DNA of 30,770 nucleotides from Chlamydiia bacterium (GTDB lineage Bacteria; Chlamydiota; Chlamydiia; Chlamydiales; 2-12-FULL-49-11): NCBI GenBank assembly GCA_044359535.1, contig JBIKLZ010000010.1, positions 1 to 30,770 of the forward strand, read 5' to 3'. Shown piece by piece: positions 26,796 to 30,770 of this stretch (position 1 is its first letter; each line of letters starts with the position of its first letter). The notes under the pieces were generated by a model. It saw only the letters and a program-made list of their open reading frames with translations, ran no database searches and was not told where the DNA came from. The position numbers and the translations under genes were made by a program.

Positions 26796-28151
26796 GTGAA
26801 AAGAGAGCACTGGAAATCAAAATTAGGATTTATGTGGGCGGCAATAGGATCGGCAGTAGGTCTTGGAAGTATTTGGAGATTTCCTTACGTTGTGGGTGAA
26901 AATGGAGGGGCTGTTTTTGTCCTTTTATTTTGTTTTTTTCTTGTCCTTGTAAGCTTACCTATCCTCTTATCAGAAATTGTGATTGGAAGAGCGACAGAAT
27001 CAAATCCATCAGATGCTTTTAAAAAACTTGGGAAAAATAGATTTTGGAAAGGTGTGGGAACCCTGCAGGTGATCACAGGATTATTAGTGAGTGTTTTTTA
27101 CAGTGTAGTCTGTTCTTGGACCCTTGGCTACCTTTTAGAAGCTTTTAATGGAAATCTTTCTTATTTTACAACACCTCTTGCTGCACAAATATTTTGGAAA
27201 TCTTGTCTTGAAAGTGTGACGTGGACAATGGGGTGCCAAATAGGTTTTGTGTTTCTTTCAGCAGCAATATTGTATGTGGGTGTTCAAAAGGGGATAGAGT
27301 CCACCAATAAAATTTTAATGCCCCTTCTTTTCATGTTTCTCCTTTTTTTAGCTGTTGTTGGAATACAGATGCCGTTTTCAAGTAGGGGGCTGTTATTTTT
27401 ATTTTCTCCTAATTGGAGCGCTTTAAATGGTAAAATGGTTTTACTTGCCTTAGGACAAGCTTTTTTTGCTCTTTCTGTCGGTCAAGGGACGATGATTACC
27501 TATGGAAGTTACCTTCGAAAACAGGATAATCTTTTTGCAATCTCTTTACCGGTAGCTAGTTCAATTGTGATTGTCTCCCTTTTAGCAGGAATAGCTATTT
27601 TTACAGTGATCTTTTCTTTAGGGGGAAATCCTTCAAGTGGCTCAGAGCTCATCTTTGAAACCCTTCCCCTCCTTTTTTCAAAAATGGAGTTTGGGGGGTT
27701 TATTGCAATCCTCTTTTTTTCCTTAATTTTTTTTGCTGGACTAACCTCTCAAATTTCAGCAATGGAGCCTTTTATCGCCTATCTTACCGATCACAAAAAG
27801 TATTCAAGGCATAAGGCGGTGAGTGTCTGTAGCCTTATAGTTTTAGTTTTAGGACTTCCTGTTGGATTGTCCTTTGGTTTATTGTCTGATTGGACTTTTT
27901 TTGGCCTCAATTTATTTGGGGCTTTAAGCTTTTTTTGCATAAATATCCTTATTCCTTTGGGGGCCCTTGGAGCGGTTTTACTTGTAGGTTGGAAAAACCC
28001 ATTTGACGATTTTTTAAAAGCTCTTCAACAAGGAACCTCTCAAACGCTCATTAAAAATTCCTTATTCAGATGGAGTTTTGCTTTGACTGTTAGGTATTTA
28101 GCCCCATTTGTAATTTTTATTCTTCTTTTAAATCTTTTTTATGCAAAGTAA
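26796..28151 (+). CDS. sodium-dependent transporter, NSS/SNF family
   Basis: REHW.SKLGF..AAIGSAVGLGSIWRFPY..GENGG, ALGQAFFALSVG.G.MITYGSY, AGLTSQIS.MEP; GTG start. Confidence 0.93.
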   Translation: MKREHWKSKLGFMWAAIGSAVGLGSIWRFPYVVGENGGAVFVLLFCFFLVLVSLPILLSEIVIGRATESNPSDAFKKLGKNRFWKGVGTLQVITGLLVSVFYSVVCSWTLGYLLEAFNGNLSYFTTPLAAQIFWKSCLESVTWTMGCQIGFVFLSAAILYVGVQKGIESTNKILMPLLFMFLLFLAVVGIQMPFSSRGLLFLFSPNWSALNGKMVLLALGQAFFALSVGQGTMITYGSYLRKQDNLFAISLPVASSIVIVSLLAGIAIFTVIFSLGGNPSSGSELIFETLPLLFSKMEFGGFIAILFFSLIFFAGLTSQISAMEPFIAYLTDHKKYSRHKAVSVCSLIVLVLGLPVGLSFGLLSDWTFFGLNLFGALSFFCINILIPLGALGAVLLVGWKNPFDDFLKALQQGTSQTLIKNSLFRWSFALTVRYLAPFVIFILLLNLFYAK

Positions 28152-28173
28152 AATGTAAAAGGATAAAGAAAAA

Positions 28174-28749
28174 ATGTTAAAAATCTATTTAATCCGCCAT
28201 GGGGGGACTGCTTGGTCAAAAACAGGTCACCATACGGGGCTTACAGATCTTCCCCTAACTGAGGAGGGGGAAAAAGAGTGTAAAGAGTTATACAACAAAA
28301 TCAAACACGTGGACTTTAATGCAGTCTATTGCAGCCCCTTACAAAGGGCAAAAAAAACATGTGAGCTGTGTCACTGTATGGATAAAGCAATCATCACAAG
28401 TGATTTACTCGAATGGGATTATGGCGATTATGAAGGGATGACAAGTCAGGAGATTGGTTTAATAGATCCTCACTGGACAGTTTTTTCTAAAGATCCAAAA
28501 AACGGAGAAACCTCTCATCAGGTGGGGCTTCGAGCAGATCGGATGATCAAAGAAATTTTAACATTGGATGGAAATATAGCGATTTTTTCATCCTCCCATT
28601 TTTTAAGAGCTTTTGTAGCAAGATGGTTAGGTTTTCCCGTTTCGTGTGGGATGTATTTTACCTTATCGACAGCTTCGCACGCTGTGTTATCTTTTGAACA
28701 TACAAATCCTGTTGTTGAACGTTGGGGTGTTCCTTGTAAAAATGGATAA
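28174..28749 (+). CDS. histidine phosphatase family protein
   Basis: LIRHG.T.WS..G.HTG.TDLPLT, SPLQRA..T, L.EWDYGDYEG. Confidence 0.92.
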   Translation: MLKIYLIRHGGTAWSKTGHHTGLTDLPLTEEGEKECKELYNKIKHVDFNAVYCSPLQRAKKTCELCHCMDKAIITSDLLEWDYGDYEGMTSQEIGLIDPHWTVFSKDPKNGETSHQVGLRADRMIKEILTLDGNIAIFSSSHFLRAFVARWLGFPVSCGMYFTLSTASHAVLSFEHTNPVVERWGVPCKNG

Positions 28750-28820
28750 GCTCTAAAAATCTCCCCTTGATTAAAATTGTTGATTATATAGATTCATTTT
28801 TATAACACAAAGAGGTTGCG

Positions 28821-29957
28821 ATGAATAATTCCGGGAGAAAATTAGTTTTAATCACAGGAAGTGCTGGGAGAATTGGTTCAGCATTAGCTAAGCGTTTGGG
28901 AGAAAAGTATCAAATTGTTGGATTTGAGTTAATGAAAGCTATTTACGCCTCAGAAAATGAAGAGCTTGTTCCTTTAGATGTTTCTTCTGAAGAAAGTGTG
29001 AATCAAGCCTTTAAACATATTGAGGCTTTTTATGGAAAAAAAATTGCCTCTGTAGTCCATTTAGCTGCCTATTATAGTTTTCAAGATCAAGAGTACGAAA
29101 AGTATAATAAGATCACCGTCCAAGGGACCAAACACCTTTTAAAAGCCCTTGAAAGGTTTGAAGTAGAACAATTTATATTTTCTTCTACAATGCTTGTCCA
29201 TAAATCGACAAAACCTGGAGAAAAAATTTCTGAAGGATCTTTGTTAGATGGAAATTGGGCTTATCCACAATCAAAAATTGAAACAGAAGAAGTGATTAGA
29301 CAATACTCTAAAAATATTCCAACAGTAGTGATGAGGATAGCAGGGGTGTATGACGATGATTGCCACAGCATTCCAATTTCAAATCAAATACAAAGGATTT
29401 ATGAAAAGAGTTTTACAGCCCATTTTTTTCCAGGAAACCTAAATTGTGGAGCCTCATTTTTACACATGGAGGATTTAGTTGATCTTTTAGAAAAAGCTGT
29501 TGATATGAGGAATGACATTCCAAAAAAGGTGACTGTTCTTGTGGGGGAGGATCATACCCTTTCAACAAAAGCGATACAAAACACTATATCAAGGAATCTA
29601 TTTGGTAAAAAGATATGGATGATTAGAGTTCCTAAAGTTTTTGCATGGATAGGCGCTTTCTTTCTATGCCACATCCCTTTTATGGCCAAACCCTTCATAC
29701 GCCCTTGGATGATTTTTTTAGCCGATGAACATTACGAATTAAATATTTCAAAAGCAAAAAAGCTTTTTAATTGGAAACCCACACACTGTTTAGAGGATTG
29801 TCTACCCACTATGTGTAAAGACTTACAAAAAAATCCAGTGAGTTGGTATATAAAAAATGGCCTAAAAATGCCTAAACATTTAAAGAAAATTGCTAAAAGT
29901 CAAATGAGAGAGAAAAAGAAAGAGGAGTCATCTTGTTGTAAAAGGAAGGCTTCATGA
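28821..29957 (+). CDS. NAD-dependent epimerase/dehydratase (extended SDR)
   Basis: ITGSAGRIG, HLAAYY, FSST, YPQSK (YxxxK); GAGG RBS. Confidence 0.9.
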   Translation: MNNSGRKLVLITGSAGRIGSALAKRLGEKYQIVGFELMKAIYASENEELVPLDVSSEESVNQAFKHIEAFYGKKIASVVHLAAYYSFQDQEYEKYNKITVQGTKHLLKALERFEVEQFIFSSTMLVHKSTKPGEKISEGSLLDGNWAYPQSKIETEEVIRQYSKNIPTVVMRIAGVYDDDCHSIPISNQIQRIYEKSFTAHFFPGNLNCGASFLHMEDLVDLLEKAVDMRNDIPKKVTVLVGEDHTLSTKAIQNTISRNLFGKKIWMIRVPKVFAWIGAFFLCHIPFMAKPFIRPWMIFLADEHYELNISKAKKLFNWKPTHCLEDCLPTMCKDLQKNPVSWYIKNGLKMPKHLKKIAKSQMREKKKEESSCCKRKAS

Positions 29958-30770
29958 AAGAGATTTCAAAGGAAGTTAAGGATAAGCATAATAGATATTT
30001 ATGGACCGTGTTTATCTCTTTATTTTTAGGGGTATGGCTTTTTGTTTCGCAATACGCTTTAGGGTATACAACCTATACAATGAAAATAAGCGATAGTGTT
30101 ACAGGTGCAATAGTTATTTTGAGCTCACTTTTTGCCCTTAAACCAAATAGACTGGGTTTTGTCTCTTTGTGGGTGATCTGTTTTGCTGGACTTTGGTTGA
30201 ATTTTGCCCCCCTCCTATTTTGGGCAAAAGGTTCTGTAGAGTATCTAAATGATACTCTTGTGGGGATCTTTTTAGTCCTATTTTCTGTAATTATTCCAGG
30301 GATCCCAGGAAAAGTAGAGGTAAAAGGAGGAGCCGTTCCTTTAGGGTGGAGTTACAATCCTTCCTCTTGGGCCCAAAGAATCCCTGTAATTGCCTTAGGC
30401 ATTTTGGGTATGTTAATTTCTAGATACCTAGCAGCCTATCAATTAGGGTATATTCAAACAGTGTGGGATCCAGTTTTTGGAGAAGGGACAAAAGAGGTGA
30501 TCACTTCAACAATCTCAAAATCCTTCCCAATCCCTGATGCAGGACTTGGATGTTTTGCCTATACTATAGAGGTCCTACTGGGGCTAAAAGGGGGAGAAAA
30601 CAGGTGGAAAACAATGCCTTGGATGGTGATGGCCTTTGTCTTGCTTGTTGTCCCTCTTGGAGTTGTAAGTATTATTTTAGTGATTTTACAACCTTTAATT
30701 GTAAAAAGCTGGTGCTTTTTATGTTTATGTACCGCAACAGCGATGATGATAATGATTGTTTTTGCTGTCG
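29954..30770 (+). CDS. SPW-repeat / vitamin K epoxide reductase (VKOR)-family membrane protein (runs off the right edge)
   Basis: Not in the ORF track. Manual translation from ATG 29954 (ATGA overlap): MKEISKEV...LGVWLF...GLWLNFAPLLFW...GWSYNPSSWAQRIP...YLAAYQLG...WDPVFG...PDAGLG...QPLIVKSWCFLC (CxxC). Confidence 0.85.
   Translation, partial: MKEISKEVKDKHNRYLWTVFISLFLGVWLFVSQYALGYTTYTMKISDSVTGAIVILSSLFALKPNRLGFVSLWVICFAGLWLNFAPLLFWAKGSVEYLNDTLVGIFLVLFSVIIPGIPGKVEVKGGAVPLGWSYNPSSWAQRIPVIALGILGMLISRYLAAYQLGYIQTVWDPVFGEGTKEVITSTISKSFPIPDAGLGCFAYTIEVLLGLKGGENRWKTMPWMVMAFVLLVVPLGVVSIILVILQPLIVKSWCFLCLCTATAMMIMIVFAV

Noticed and set aside
2185-27076. Numerous short antisense or alternate-frame ORFs (e.g. 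2744-2977, 10122-10457, 18544-18816, 23535-23945, 23973-24332, 26407-26607)
   Set aside because: Contained within well-supported genes, without recognisable motifs; typical shadow ORFs.
28174-28749. Histidine phosphatase with FSSSH in place of the usual second-His motif (xHG)
   Set aside because: RHG and the other catalytic residues are intact and a nearby His remains; probably ordinary subfamily variation.

Overview
AT-rich bacterial window, most likely from an environmental Chlamydiae (Chlamydiota) genome. This is inferred from the gatCA / rnhC / short RodZ(YfgA) neighbourhood, a Pkn1-type kinase-FGE fusion and a class I aldolase. Housekeeping genes: gatA (partial), gatC, rnhC, rodZ-like, pkn1, oppBCDF (no oppA), Nudix hydrolase, fbaB/dhnA, glmS, mgtE-like, two APC permeases, NSS symporter, umuDC, histidine phosphatase, SDR epimerase and a partial SPW/VKOR protein. 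Most notable: (1) an orphan ORF with a membrane anchor and OspF/SpvC/HopAI1-like phosphothreonine-lyase motifs (17940-19295); (2) a compact eukaryote-like USP deubiquitinase with a 66-bp internal duplication (11957-13336); (3) a UmuD lacking both the autocleavage arm and the catalytic Lys, i.e. UmuD'-like; (4) an LtaS/sulfatase-type enzyme fused to Cys-containing LRRs; (5) several sigma66-type promoters ending 6-7 nt before the start codon, suggesting leaderless mRNAs. No rRNA, tRNA, CRISPR or IS element was recognised. All calls come from motif recognition by eye; no database search was run.
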